This document shows, one piece after another, positions 21,998-31,401 of a stretch of 64,000 nucleotides of DNA (positions are counted from its first letter, which is position 1; each line of letters begins with the position of its first letter). Location of the stretch: contig JAJDHA010000002.1 in the NCBI GenBank assembly GCA_030265965.1, positions 25,580 through 89,579 on the forward strand, read 5' to 3'. The translations under genes were made by a program, and so were the position numbers. The stretch is from Odoribacter sp. OttesenSCG-928-L07. GTDB lineage: Bacteria; Bacteroidota; Bacteroidia; Bacteroidales; BM520. Under the pieces are notes generated by a model, which was given only the letters and a program-made list of their open reading frames with translations, searched no databases and had not been told where the DNA came from.

Positions 21998-23035
21998 ATG
22001 ATTTGCCTTATGAACAAACAAGTTATCAATAAGTTTTCCACACAGCTAATATTCCTTTTTACTTTTATTGTCATTTTTAGTTTTACTTCTTGTTCAAACT
22101 CATCTAAAGAATCTGCAAATTCCTCATCTGAAGAAATTGTTGTAGGTACAACAAATGATATTGGAAATGAGAATTTCGATGAAATTGATGAAGAGCAAAC
22201 GAATTCACAAGAAGATGAGCAATATATTGCAAAATCAAAAGAAAGCAGACCCTCGCATAAAATAGGAGGGGCTGGAACTACAGCAAATCCTGTCCAAACT
22301 GGTGCAGCGCCGAGTGAAACTGATATAGATGAATATGAGATTTCAATTACAATGGAAAAGAAAGTTTATATGAACCAAACATCGAATCTATCAGTACTTA
22401 TTGGTGCTAAAGGGAAATATGACCTTAAGCAAGAAAAAAAATCTGAGATTAGAGATAAAACAGATGTAATGGGCGACATAGATATTGGAGGAATGTATGC
22501 AAAGGTTGTACTTAACGCAAATGATTTTGAAATAATATCTTCGGATGATGAGTATAAATGCCTTAAAGTGTATCCGTATGGAACACCTTTTGGCTTTGTT
22601 TTGAAACCGAAAAAAGAAGGGACATTCGAAATTAAAGCAAATGTTTACTTTTATAAAGATTGTAATTGTGTTGAAAGAGCTGAACGAGGAAAGATTTCCT
22701 CAAACACTCTTAAAATAAAAGTTGTTGTTGATGAAATGACCGGCGTGAGGGGTACTATAATGAATCACGTAGCGGAGTTTATTACAGCATTGGTTGTTTT
22801 AATTTTAGGAGCTATTTTATTTGTTGTTCGGAAATTTATTAAAAATAAAACCGGATTTGAAGTGCCACAAGTTGACGCAACAGTTGATAAAATAAAAACA
22901 ATAATTTCAAAAGATAAAACTGTTAATACCGATGAAGCAGTTAAAACAGTTAAAGCTCCGAAAGTAGTTGAAATTGACGAAGAAGTTGAAGTTGATGAAA
23001 TAGTTGAATCGGACGAAAATAATGATGAGAAGTAG
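21998..23035 (+). CDS. Hypothetical membrane-anchored protein with acidic low-complexity regions
   Basis: N-terminal hydrophobic segment with a Cys (lipobox-like FTSC), a second TM near residue 260, and an acidic EIDEEVEVDE tail. No family recognised. Confidence 0.5.
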   Translation: MICLMNKQVINKFSTQLIFLFTFIVIFSFTSCSNSSKESANSSSEEIVVGTTNDIGNENFDEIDEEQTNSQEDEQYIAKSKESRPSHKIGGAGTTANPVQTGAAPSETDIDEYEISITMEKKVYMNQTSNLSVLIGAKGKYDLKQEKKSEIRDKTDVMGDIDIGGMYAKVVLNANDFEIISSDDEYKCLKVYPYGTPFGFVLKPKKEGTFEIKANVYFYKDCNCVERAERGKISSNTLKIKVVVDEMTGVRGTIMNHVAEFITALVVLILGAILFVVRKFIKNKTGFEVPQVDATVDKIKTIISKDKTVNTDEAVKTVKAPKVVEIDEEVEVDEIVESDENNDEK

Positions 23036-23064
23036 TGATTTGTAAAATTTTTTAATATTTAAAA

Positions 23065-23661
23065 ATGAAAAAAATATTTAATACTAAAATTGGTATATTA
23101 TTAATTATTCTTCCTTTAATTTTTCAAAGTTGTATAACTTTTACAGGTATTATTGAAGAAGAAGATATTGTTTATTCAACAAAAAGAGTTTTTTTTAAGC
23201 ATACAGGGAAAGATCATACTTGGCGCTCTCCTCTTGAATCCTTAGAACAAACTTTTGTGAAAGAAATTAAAGGAAACAAGAATGCAACTTATAAAGTTTA
23301 TGATGTGTTAACATTAAATAGTAAAAGCTTTAGACTTGAAGATAAGATATTTATGATTGTTGATAAAGATGTTTTTAATGTAACAATTGATAACAAAGAA
23401 TATGAAATTACAAAAGACATTAATACAAATACTTCAAATATTTTAACCTCTGATTCTACAAAGGTTTCTGTTGTTACGGGATATTCTGAAGAAAATAGAA
23501 AAATTACGAGATTTAGCTACTGCTTAACCGATGAAATGGTCGCTAAATTAAAAAAAGCAAATAAAGTTACATTTCGTTATTATGCCGGACCGAGTATGAT
23601 TTCTGTGAAATTAAATAACAATGAATTAAAGAAATTGAAAAAACTGATTAATAAAAGATAA
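23065..23661 (+). CDS. Hypothetical lipoprotein
   Basis: Signal peptide plus lipobox (IFQSC). No family recognised. Confidence 0.5.
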   Translation: MKKIFNTKIGILLIILPLIFQSCITFTGIIEEEDIVYSTKRVFFKHTGKDHTWRSPLESLEQTFVKEIKGNKNATYKVYDVLTLNSKSFRLEDKIFMIVDKDVFNVTIDNKEYEITKDINTNTSNILTSDSTKVSVVTGYSEENRKITRFSYCLTDEMVAKLKKANKVTFRYYAGPSMISVKLNNNELKKLKKLINKR

Positions 23662-23667
23662 ATCAAT

Positions 23668-24207
23668 TCATTCGATATTAAAATTTAGTTCCGGCGAATA
23701 TAAATGCGATTCCAATTCTAACAGTTTCCTTTTAGCTTGAAGTCCACCGGCATATCCAACTAATTCTCTGTTGCTTCCAATTATTCTATGACATGGAATA
23801 ATAATGGATATTGCATTTGCTCCATTTGCCGATGCAACTGCTCGAATTGCATTGACATTGTTTAGACGTTTGGATAAATCCATGTAAGATGCAGTTTTTC
23901 CATAAGGAACTTTTAACAGCTCATCCCAAACACTTTTTTGAAACTCTGTCCCAATCATTAAAAATGGAATGTCAAATTGAGTTCTTTGTTTGTTAAAATA
24001 TTCTTCCAGCTGAGAAATTGCAATTTGAATAACATCCGAATTTTCTTCAACATATTCTGATTTTAAACTCTTTTGTATCCGTGAATCAATTGTACTTCTT
24101 GATTTTCTGTACTTCCAGTCGCATAAACACAATTGCTCATTGAAAGATCCGATAATTAATTCTCCGTAAGGAGATTTATAATATTGTATTTTTATGGTTT
24201 GATTCAT
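23668..24207 (-). CDS. ogt: Methylated-DNA--protein-cysteine methyltransferase
   Basis: Active-site IPCHRIIG, with YGKTASY and GGL..KR.LLELE patterns. Confidence 0.9.
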   Translation of the reverse strand: MNQTIKIQYYKSPYGELIIGSFNEQLCLCDWKYRKSRSTIDSRIQKSLKSEYVEENSDVIQIAISQLEEYFNKQRTQFDIPFLMIGTEFQKSVWDELLKVPYGKTASYMDLSKRLNNVNAIRAVASANGANAISIIIPCHRIIGSNRELVGYAGGLQAKRKLLELESHLYSPELNFNIE

Positions 24208-24251
24208 GATTTGAAGATTTGAAAATTTGAAGATTTGAAAATTTGAAGATT
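24208..24251 (+). repeat. Tandem 8-mer array TTTGAARA (about 5 units)
   Basis: ga tttgaaga tttgaaaa tttgaaga tttgaaaa tttgaaga tt. It fills the whole ogt/DUF1697 spacer. Confidence 0.9.
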
Positions 24252-24807
24252 ATTTTGTTAATGATAATAGTTTGTTGATTGTTTTCCAGTTGCGGACGGT
24301 GTTTGTTGTGTTTATTTTTTGCAAAGTAGCAGCGAGTTTAGAAAAACGCATGCTATCAGTAAAACGCATATACATATTGTTGTTGATTATTTTAAACGAT
24401 TCATTTTCAGACATGACATTAGATAATTTCTTTATTTCTTCTTCAGAAGGAGAATCATTAAATAAAGCAACATAAAATACTTCTACTTCTTTGTCGGCTT
24501 CAGCAATTTCGATTTCAGTTTTAGAGTATGGGCATTGAGACACAATTTGCTCAAATTCTTGAAAAGTTCTTATTATGACAGGAACATGAAATCCATAATG
24601 TTTGTAAATATTTTCTTCAATTTCCTTTTGAATAACTTCTTTGATTTTTTCTGATTCAAATAAAATGTTGCCGCTTTGAATAAAAGTTCGAATATTTTTT
24701 AAACCATTACCAGAAAGATATTGCCTCAAATCAGCCATTTTAATAATGTTTTTTCCGCCGACATTAATACCTTTTAAAAAGGCGATATAGTTTTTTATTT
24801 CATTCAT
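24250..24807 (-). CDS. DUF1697 family protein
   Basis: YIAFLKGINVGGKNIIKMADLR N-terminus is characteristic of DUF1697. The ATG at 24807 is preferred to the TTG at 24822. Confidence 0.8.
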   Translation of the reverse strand: MNEIKNYIAFLKGINVGGKNIIKMADLRQYLSGNGLKNIRTFIQSGNILFESEKIKEVIQKEIEENIYKHYGFHVPVIIRTFQEFEQIVSQCPYSKTEIEIAEADKEVEVFYVALFNDSPSEEEIKKLSNVMSENESFKIINNNMYMRFTDSMRFSKLAATLQKINTTNTVRNWKTINKLLSLTK

Positions 24808-24970
24808 CTTCTGAAAAGTCAAAACGGACCCATTAATATCAGTTGTTCCATAAAATGTAGTCTCAAGTCCTTTGGTGATATTGAATCCATTTTCTTGATT
24901 TATTTAATTATTGATGTAAATTTTTATTTTTATTTCGAAACAAAAGTAATCATTTTTAAGAGAATTTTTA

Positions 24971-25003
24971 ACTTTCACTTTTCACTTTTCATCTTTCACT
25001 TTA
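24971..25003 (-). repeat. Tandem heptamer array GTGAAAR (minus strand; plus strand reads ctttcac ttttcac ttttcat ctttcac)
   Basis: Read directly from the sequence. It lies just upstream of the EamA promoter box. Confidence 0.85.
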
Positions 25004-25008
25004 ATAAC

Positions 25009-25016
25009 TATCTTTG
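25009..25016 (+). promoter_or_regulatory. -7 promoter box TATCTTTG upstream of the EamA transporter gene
   Basis: TAnnTTTG match. It overlaps the track's TTG start (25014), which argues for the downstream ATG at 25053. Confidence 0.5.
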
Positions 25017-25052
25017 CAGCCAATTTTGATTGTCAAAAATAATTCTATTCCA

Positions 25053-25970
25053 ATGAAAAATAAAGCCAGATTTAAAGGCATTTTATTCGGCATAATTGCT
25101 GCTGTCGCTTACGGAACAAATCCGCTTTTTTCTTTGCCGCTTTATGCTGAAGGATTGTCTCCCGACTCGGTACTGTTTTATCGATATGGAATAGGTGTTA
25201 TTCTTCTCGGTATAATACTCCTTATCAAAGGAGAATCTTTGAAAATCCAGAAAAAGGAAATTTTGCCTTTACTTATTTTCGGGATAATTTTTGCCTGCTC
25301 ATCACTATTTCTATACCAAAGTTTTCTATATATGGATGCTGGAATAGCCTGCACAATACTATTTATTTATCCGGTATTAGTTGCAGTGATTATGGCTGTG
25401 TTTTTCAAAGAAAAAGCATCGTGGCTAACATATTCTTGTATTATCTTGGCAATGATAGGAATTGCTTTGTTATACAGAGGTAACGGAGATACAACATTAA
25501 GTACAACCGGATTAATATTGGTCGCGCTGTCATCTCTTTGTTATGCCATTTATATTGTTGCTGTTGATCATTCAAGAATACGAACAATGTCATCAACAAA
25601 GATGACCTTCTGGATATTAGTTTTCGGCAGCATTGTTTTTATAGTTCGTACCAGATTTTTATCAGAATTGCAATTGGTTCCGCCAACGTTTTACAGCTGG
25701 GTTAATGCGATAGGAATTGCGCTGTTCCCAACAATTATTTCATTGCTTTTTATAAATATTTCCATAAAAAACATAGGTCCGACTTTCGCAGCAATTTTTG
25801 GCGCTCTCGAACCGGTAACCGCTCTAATAATAGGCGTATTTGTGTTTCACGAAGCTATAACAGTACGAATAGTTATTGGTGCACTTTTAATTCTAATTGC
25901 TGTTACGCTTGTTGTTTCAGGAAATAATATTCTTGCTTTTTTTGGAAAAAAATCTATAAAGGAAAATTAA
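25053..25970 (+). CDS. EamA/DMT family transporter
   Basis: Ten hydrophobic segments and two EamA-like halves. The start is moved to MKNKARFKG. Confidence 0.8.
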   Translation: MKNKARFKGILFGIIAAVAYGTNPLFSLPLYAEGLSPDSVLFYRYGIGVILLGIILLIKGESLKIQKKEILPLLIFGIIFACSSLFLYQSFLYMDAGIACTILFIYPVLVAVIMAVFFKEKASWLTYSCIILAMIGIALLYRGNGDTTLSTTGLILVALSSLCYAIYIVAVDHSRIRTMSSTKMTFWILVFGSIVFIVRTRFLSELQLVPPTFYSWVNAIGIALFPTIISLLFINISIKNIGPTFAAIFGALEPVTALIIGVFVFHEAITVRIVIGALLILIAVTLVVSGNNILAFFGKKSIKEN

Positions 25971-28428
25971 AGTTGTTATTGTTTTTGAATTGTTTGACCA
26001 TTTTTCTATATTTAAAATAGCCCCAAAGTGGCAACACAACAAATACCGCTAATACCAAAGTTATTATCAAGTAAACATTCATCCCAATATTTCCACCATA
26101 ACTGTGCATTCCGCCTAAGATGTAATTTACACCGAAGTAGGTCATTAGCACAACTAACATTGCCATTAAACTATAAAAATGGAAGAAAAACGGACGTTTA
26201 AACAGCGAAAGACTTTTTTCGTGAAGCGGCAATGCGTAAACTATCATCGTGATTAACGCCCAGGTTTCTTTTGGATCCCACGACCAGTATGTTCCCCAGC
26301 TGACTTCAGCCCAGATTGCCCCGACAAATATTCCTGCTGTTAATAAGAAAAGTGCAGGATAAAGTAAAATCTTGCTAAAGACTGATAATTGCAGCATTCT
26401 GTTATTTACGAGTTCTATGTTTTTTTGTTTTGAGATGATGATTGAAATGAACGCGGCAATTGCAATAAAGGCGACAAACGCAAAGAGTGTGTACGATATC
26501 ATGATGAGTGAAACGTGGATACTCAAAAGTGGTGAAATTAATACCGGCTGCAACTGTGTAATTTGCGGATTTGCTGAACCCATCATCGATACAAGCATTA
26601 CTAATGACGAGAAAATAAATCCAAATGGTATTGAAAGAAACATTCTTTTTCTGAATATAAGTGCGAGAACAATAATACAAAGAGCTAAAAACTGTAAAGT
26701 CTCAAAGCCGTTGCCAAGAGGAATTCTTCCACTGATATATCCACGCAAACTAATCATTATCAGAATTAACAATCCGCTTATTATTAATACAAGATTTAAT
26801 ATTGCTGGAATTATTTTGTTTTGAGACGTGGCACGCCACGTCTCTACTTTATCAATGATACCAGTTTTATCCACTTTATCGATTTTATCCACTTTATCGG
26901 CTTTATCCACCTTTCCTCTCCCGTTCTCTCTTCTAAAAAAATATACCAAAGCAAAAATTCCAATCAACAAATGCGAAAACGCAATGGGTTTCACAATATT
27001 AAAGGAATTAAATATTTTTTCTGCAATAATCTTTTGTGGCGACAATAATAATTCTCCTGCCGACTTTCTTTGAAAAACTGATAATTTATCTAATGTGTAA
27101 CTAAAATCCTGCCAATGCTTTTGTTGCGCATATTCTCTTAAAAGTGAAAGACTTCCCTTAATGACTAATCGTTCATTTTCGGAAATGTTTTTTGGAAGTT
27201 CATCAGAGGGAGAATACCATATTAATTCTTTTTCTGAAACATATTGCGGAAAAACTTTCAGTAGGGTTTTCGATTGAATCATAAAAATCAGTTGAATTTT
27301 TTCATCGGCAGCGATTATATCTTTTGCGCCTTCAACCGTTTCACCCATGCGAATTTTTTGTAATGGCGCCGCAAGCTTGTAATTTTTTCCATCAATAAAA
27401 AAATCGGAGAAAGATGCATATTTACTTTCTAAGTCCAAAAGTTGTTGAACCGTTTTACCCTTTACTTTAATCACCGGTTCATCCTTCCATTCATCAAAGA
27501 AAAAAAGCCAACCAGCCAAAACTTGCTCCGAAGACATGGAATTGTAAGAAGTTTTTCCGTAAAGTTTTTGTGTGAAATCTTTGGAGAATGTTTGCATCGG
27601 GCAAATTCTGTCTTTGTATAAAATCTGCAATTGACCGAATTGTTTAGCGCTTTCTTCCGGAATTGATTTTGGATTGGCAATACCAATATTAATTGCACCA
27701 AAAAATATCAATATTACTATTGCACTTTGTTTCAAAGCAGGATGATTCAACAACTTTCTGAAGGATGTATTTGGAATGCAGAAATATCCTATCATCGAAA
27801 TAAACAGTAGAAAATATCCGGCATAAGTTACAGGAAGTCCATATCTGTCGGATTTAACAAGCAGTGTTGTTCCCTTTAAATCTTTATCGTAAGACATTTG
27901 ATAGAAACGGTATCCTTTGTCGGAAAAAACTTTATTCATGGAAACCTTTCCGTTGATTTCGATACCGTTTCTAATTATTTTGATATTGCTGATGTAATCG
28001 TAAGGAGCTTGTGTGCCGGGATAATATTCGATTTCAAAACTCGAAAGAAGAACATCAAAATGAAGTCTTTGTCGAGAATTGTTTTTTTCGTTTACCAAAG
28101 TATTTTCCGGTTTACCCTTTCGCAGATGAATTTTCCCTTCCGAAGAAGTTGTGAAAGTAAGGAATGCTCCTGTTAAAATCACAATAAACGATATATGCAG
28201 CAAAAAAGTTATCGGCTTTTTGTACATTTTGCATTTGATGATGTGCAAAAATCCACAAAACGCAATGACTATCCAAATACCTATAAACCACCACGATCCA
28301 TAAATGTTTTCAGCAACAAAAGGAGTTCCTTTTGCTTTTTCCACAAAAGTCGCCAACGCCAAAATCATCAGCATGATAATTAGGAAACCGAAGGAGAATA
28401 TTTTGGATATTTTTGCTTTGATGGACAT
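25954..28428 (-). CDS. ccsBA: Fused cytochrome c biogenesis protein CcsBA (ResB-like N-terminal part plus CcsA haem-handling C-terminal part)
   Basis: 824 aa. The C-terminal W-rich haem-binding motif WGTYWSWDPKETWAL marks CcsA. The N-terminal half has TM helices and a large soluble domain as in ResB/CcsB. Confidence 0.85.
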   Translation of the reverse strand: MSIKAKISKIFSFGFLIIMLMILALATFVEKAKGTPFVAENIYGSWWFIGIWIVIAFCGFLHIIKCKMYKKPITFLLHISFIVILTGAFLTFTTSSEGKIHLRKGKPENTLVNEKNNSRQRLHFDVLLSSFEIEYYPGTQAPYDYISNIKIIRNGIEINGKVSMNKVFSDKGYRFYQMSYDKDLKGTTLLVKSDRYGLPVTYAGYFLLFISMIGYFCIPNTSFRKLLNHPALKQSAIVILIFFGAINIGIANPKSIPEESAKQFGQLQILYKDRICPMQTFSKDFTQKLYGKTSYNSMSSEQVLAGWLFFFDEWKDEPVIKVKGKTVQQLLDLESKYASFSDFFIDGKNYKLAAPLQKIRMGETVEGAKDIIAADEKIQLIFMIQSKTLLKVFPQYVSEKELIWYSPSDELPKNISENERLVIKGSLSLLREYAQQKHWQDFSYTLDKLSVFQRKSAGELLLSPQKIIAEKIFNSFNIVKPIAFSHLLIGIFALVYFFRRENGRGKVDKADKVDKIDKVDKTGIIDKVETWRATSQNKIIPAILNLVLIISGLLILIMISLRGYISGRIPLGNGFETLQFLALCIIVLALIFRKRMFLSIPFGFIFSSLVMLVSMMGSANPQITQLQPVLISPLLSIHVSLIMISYTLFAFVAFIAIAAFISIIISKQKNIELVNNRMLQLSVFSKILLYPALFLLTAGIFVGAIWAEVSWGTYWSWDPKETWALITMIVYALPLHEKSLSLFKRPFFFHFYSLMAMLVVLMTYFGVNYILGGMHSYGGNIGMNVYLIITLVLAVFVVLPLWGYFKYRKMVKQFKNNNNFNFPL
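26823..26912 (-). repeat. In-frame repeat module inside ccsBA: 22-bp palindrome plus a 9-mer tandem array
   Basis: gagacgtggc-ac-gccacgtctc (26823-26844) is followed by ctttatcNN 9-mers (26847-26909). On the coding strand this encodes GKVDKADKVDKIDKVDKTGIIDKVETWRATS. Confidence 0.85.
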
Positions 28429-28451
28429 TATGACAGAATTTTCAGGGTTTA

Positions 28452-28459
28452 CAAAATTA
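28452..28459 (-). promoter_or_regulatory. -7 promoter box (TAATTTTG on the minus strand) upstream of ccsBA
   Basis: The reverse complement of caaaatta lies 24 nt upstream of the ccsBA ATG. Confidence 0.35.
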
Positions 28460-28534
28460 ATAAAAAAATCTATTTTGACAGGATGACATAATTTGCAGAA
28501 TTTACAGATAGAATATTCTCACTCACTCTTAATC

Positions 28535-29935
28535 TTAAATCGATTCCAAAAATCTTACCAAATTATGCCTATCTTCTTTACTTAAATTTCTAAATTTTTC
28601 GCGACTTTGTTCTGCATCTCCGAAATGCCAAAGGATTGCTTCTTCGTAATTACGAGCACGAAGATCGTGGAGCATATCTGTATGACCTGCGCAAATGTAT
28701 GATAATCCACGTCCCCAAAGAGGAGTTGTGCGGCACATTTTGCGTAATCCGGGTTCTTTCATTCCGAGGTCATGTTTCAATAAATCGGTGTAGGGCCAAA
28801 TTTTTTGATTGGAAAATCCTGGAATGTATTGATCTGTTCCTGTAGTCCAAGTTGGTTTATGACAGGCAGTACAACCAATTGAGTAGAAGATTTCTTTGCC
28901 GGCTTTCACGTCATCATCATCAAGGTCGCGAGCTGCTGGAACTGCTAATCCACGATGCCAAATCATGAAATCGTCAAATTCAGCCATGGTCATTTCTGTT
29001 TGATTGAAACCGCCGATGAATCCAACTGTATCTAAACCAAGTTCGCCCATTTTCTCCACCCAAGCTTTAGTAGTGTAAAGATAATTTCTATCGGGACGAG
29101 TTACGTTTGTGATATTCCAAATTGCGTTGGAGCCGGGACCGTTCTGAAGGGTTCCGCGTGTGCAGCCATAAGTATATCTACCCGGATGTTCACTGCCGTC
29201 AGCTTCTTTAATCATTCCGCCAATTTCGCCAACATAGTAACCGCGAGCAACTTGAGCATCGCGTTCAGCAAACAAATCTTCATCAGTAATTGCATCCAAC
29301 AATCCGGTACCAAAAATCCCAATTGTACCTTCGATACTAACTTGATAATCATCAGGAACAGGTAATAAGATCGCGCTTCTGTCGATTTCTACAGTTGGGT
29401 AAATCAAGCTATAAGGAGTTCCGTCAGGATAAACATTTCCATATTGATCGGTAAAGTTATGCCAAGTAATATGGATTCCCGATTCATCAACCGGCGGCAA
29501 ATAAGGTGGAACTGCGCGAGTTTGCAACATTCCTGTAAAGCTCTCACAAATTTTGCCATCAGGAGTATGAATCATAACCAAATAGCCGTTTCCGTATTCC
29601 TCAGAGTTAAAGGTTTCAACTCTTTTAGAGCGTCCGTAAACGGGATGACAAGCGATGCAAGACGAACGAATATAAACAGGACCCAATCCGGAAAACGGTG
29701 TTCCTTCGCCTGTTACATAATTGTTCTCGAACATTTTCTCACCTCTTTTGAATGCAGCAAGATCTTTTACGGCAGGAGCAGGCTGTTCGTATGCCAAACT
29801 GGTTCTATTAAAAGCAGTGCCATTAACACCACCAGAATAATATTCCTCAGACAATTCTGTTTGTTGAGGAGGATCACATGCGACAAAGAAAGCACATGTG
29901 AGTAAAATACTAAATGTTAGAAGATTTTTTTTCAT
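28535..29935 (-). CDS. Di-haem c-type oxidoreductase lipoprotein (DUF1111 / cytochrome c peroxidase-like)
   Basis: Lipobox (FFVAC) and two CxxCH haem-binding motifs (CIACHP, CTACHKP), with the size and pattern of the DUF1111 family usually found next to imelysins. Confidence 0.8.
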   Translation of the reverse strand: MKKNLLTFSILLTCAFFVACDPPQQTELSEEYYSGGVNGTAFNRTSLAYEQPAPAVKDLAAFKRGEKMFENNYVTGEGTPFSGLGPVYIRSSCIACHPVYGRSKRVETFNSEEYGNGYLVMIHTPDGKICESFTGMLQTRAVPPYLPPVDESGIHITWHNFTDQYGNVYPDGTPYSLIYPTVEIDRSAILLPVPDDYQVSIEGTIGIFGTGLLDAITDEDLFAERDAQVARGYYVGEIGGMIKEADGSEHPGRYTYGCTRGTLQNGPGSNAIWNITNVTRPDRNYLYTTKAWVEKMGELGLDTVGFIGGFNQTEMTMAEFDDFMIWHRGLAVPAARDLDDDDVKAGKEIFYSIGCTACHKPTWTTGTDQYIPGFSNQKIWPYTDLLKHDLGMKEPGLRKMCRTTPLWGRGLSYICAGHTDMLHDLRARNYEEAILWHFGDAEQSREKFRNLSKEDRHNLVRFLESI

Positions 29936-30039
29936 TATTTTTTTATTTTTTGATTAACGGTTAAAACCTTGCATTTTAATGCAGGTACTTTTCTATAAAT
30001 TTTGCAATTTTCATCATTACGAGGAATCATTACATTTTG

Positions 30040-30063
30040 ACGCGCACGTCAGTGCGTCTCTAC
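30040..30063 (-). repeat. Degenerate copy of the GTAGAGACG...CGTCTC palindrome
   Basis: Plus strand gacgcgcacgtcagtgcgtctctac. The right arm is identical to the 40408-40441 palindrome and the left arm is decayed. Confidence 0.6.
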
Positions 30064-30127
30064 GCGTCACACGTAACTTCACAATCCGTCACACGTCACT
30101 CGTCACCCGTCACACGTCACTTGTCAC
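30064..30127 (-). repeat. GTGACNN heptamer tandem array (about 9 units, some degenerate)
   Basis: Plus strand gcgtcac acgtaac ttcacaa tccgtcac acgtcac tcgtcac ccgtcac acgtcac ttgtcac. The imelysin TGA stop (30124-30126) lies in the first unit. Confidence 0.9.
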
Positions 30128-31245
30128 TCCACAACCTCATCAATCAAAGAAAGTTGATCCAGCAAGTTATTACAAGCATCCATCGCCGCCTCAATCATTG
30201 GTGCACTTGCCGGATTATCAAGTTGGTTTCTGAAAGGAGAAGGAATATCTTTTATAGCGTTAATTGCAGTTTCAATTGCCTCCAAGATATCTTTATCCAA
30301 TTGCTCGTTTTTACTATTAACATAATCGCTCAAAGATTTTCCGGTTCTATAACCTTCCATTCCTCCCAAATAAGAGTTTTCGATGCTGATAATATTATTA
30401 GTGAAATCATCTAAAGAGTTCCAACTATACCAAGACTCAACACGAAGAACATTTTTTGTTTCGTATGGATCGGCAATTTTCTCGTTTCCAACTTCGTCTG
30501 CAATAGTCTCACATCCGCCAATGATTTCACGAACAGCTTGTTGCGGAGTTTTGAAACGACTACCTGCAGAACCCGCATTTAGCATTTCATAACCGAAATT
30601 AGAAGATATTTCAAGTTCAGCTTCTTCTAATATCCTTTTTTTAGTCGAACTAATATCATCAGTCCAAGATGCTTCCAAGAGAACACAATCTTCCATCAGA
30701 ACACCTGCAACAGCAACAAGATAAATCAATTCATTAGTTGTAATTTTAGAAACATCTTTTGCTTGTCCATTTTCAAAAAGGACGTATTCGATTGCATGAA
30801 AACCGATGAGATTTACACCATAATAAACGCGGGCATGTGGTGCGTCAACTCCGGTCATGTCTTTAGCAAGCTCTTGATCCAGAGTGTTTTTGTCGAGGGG
30901 CCATGAGTCAATACGAGGATCCAATGAGTTGTATTCTGCCGGTCCATAAAGGAAAGCCTCACTCAATTCCCAGTATTTGCGAGCTTCTTTCCATTTGTTC
31001 GCAGCTGCCAATACATTTGCATCTGTTGGTGATTCTTGAAGATTTTCACATAACTCAAACAAATCTATTGCATTGTTTGCCAATAAATTATAAGTTTTAA
31101 TTACAGTGTTGTTGGTATATACATCTAAGATTTCCAACATTTCTTTGTCGTCTTCTTCAATCGTGCCACCTCCACACGAACTTAAATTAAACACAAGAAT
31201 TAATGCCATTGAGGCAAATAAAAAATTTTTCAAATTGTTTTTCAT
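30124..31245 (-). CDS. Imelysin family lipoprotein (peptidase M75 / EfeO/IrpA-like)
   Basis: Lipobox (LSSC) and the conserved GFHAIEYVLF (HxxE) motif, with imelysin-like length. Confidence 0.85.
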   Translation of the reverse strand: MKNNLKNFLFASMALILVFNLSSCGGGTIEEDDKEMLEILDVYTNNTVIKTYNLLANNAIDLFELCENLQESPTDANVLAAANKWKEARKYWELSEAFLYGPAEYNSLDPRIDSWPLDKNTLDQELAKDMTGVDAPHARVYYGVNLIGFHAIEYVLFENGQAKDVSKITTNELIYLVAVAGVLMEDCVLLEASWTDDISSTKKRILEEAELEISSNFGYEMLNAGSAGSRFKTPQQAVREIIGGCETIADEVGNEKIADPYETKNVLRVESWYSWNSLDDFTNNIISIENSYLGGMEGYRTGKSLSDYVNSKNEQLDKDILEAIETAINAIKDIPSPFRNQLDNPASAPMIEAAMDACNNLLDQLSLIDEVVE

Positions 31246-31354
31246 TTATTTTAATTTTAATTAATAATATTTGATTAATTGATTTTAAACAATGATTGTT
31301 TCATTTGCGGAAACGATCGTTGTTTCATTTATCGTAACCCACGCTATTGATATG

Positions 31355-31375
31355 GATCCCCTACGGGGATTTTTC
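31355..31375. terminator. Hairpin ATCCCC-TAC-GGGGAT with a T5 run on the plus strand, downstream of the porin-like gene
   Basis: Inverted repeat read directly. It is followed (plus strand) by ctttatcca ttttatcgg ttttac, a short copy of the 9-mer repeat family. Confidence 0.4.
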
Positions 31376-31401
31376 TTTATCCATTTTATCGGTTTTACAA
31401 A

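Noticed and set aside
26867-26911. A cluster of three TTATCCAC(T/C) DnaA-box-like words, which might mark a replication origin.
   Set aside because: It lies inside the ccsBA coding frame and is produced by the 9-mer tandem repeat. There is no dnaA/dnaN neighbourhood or AT-rich unwinding element. It is kept only as a side note for a possible DnaA-titrating role.
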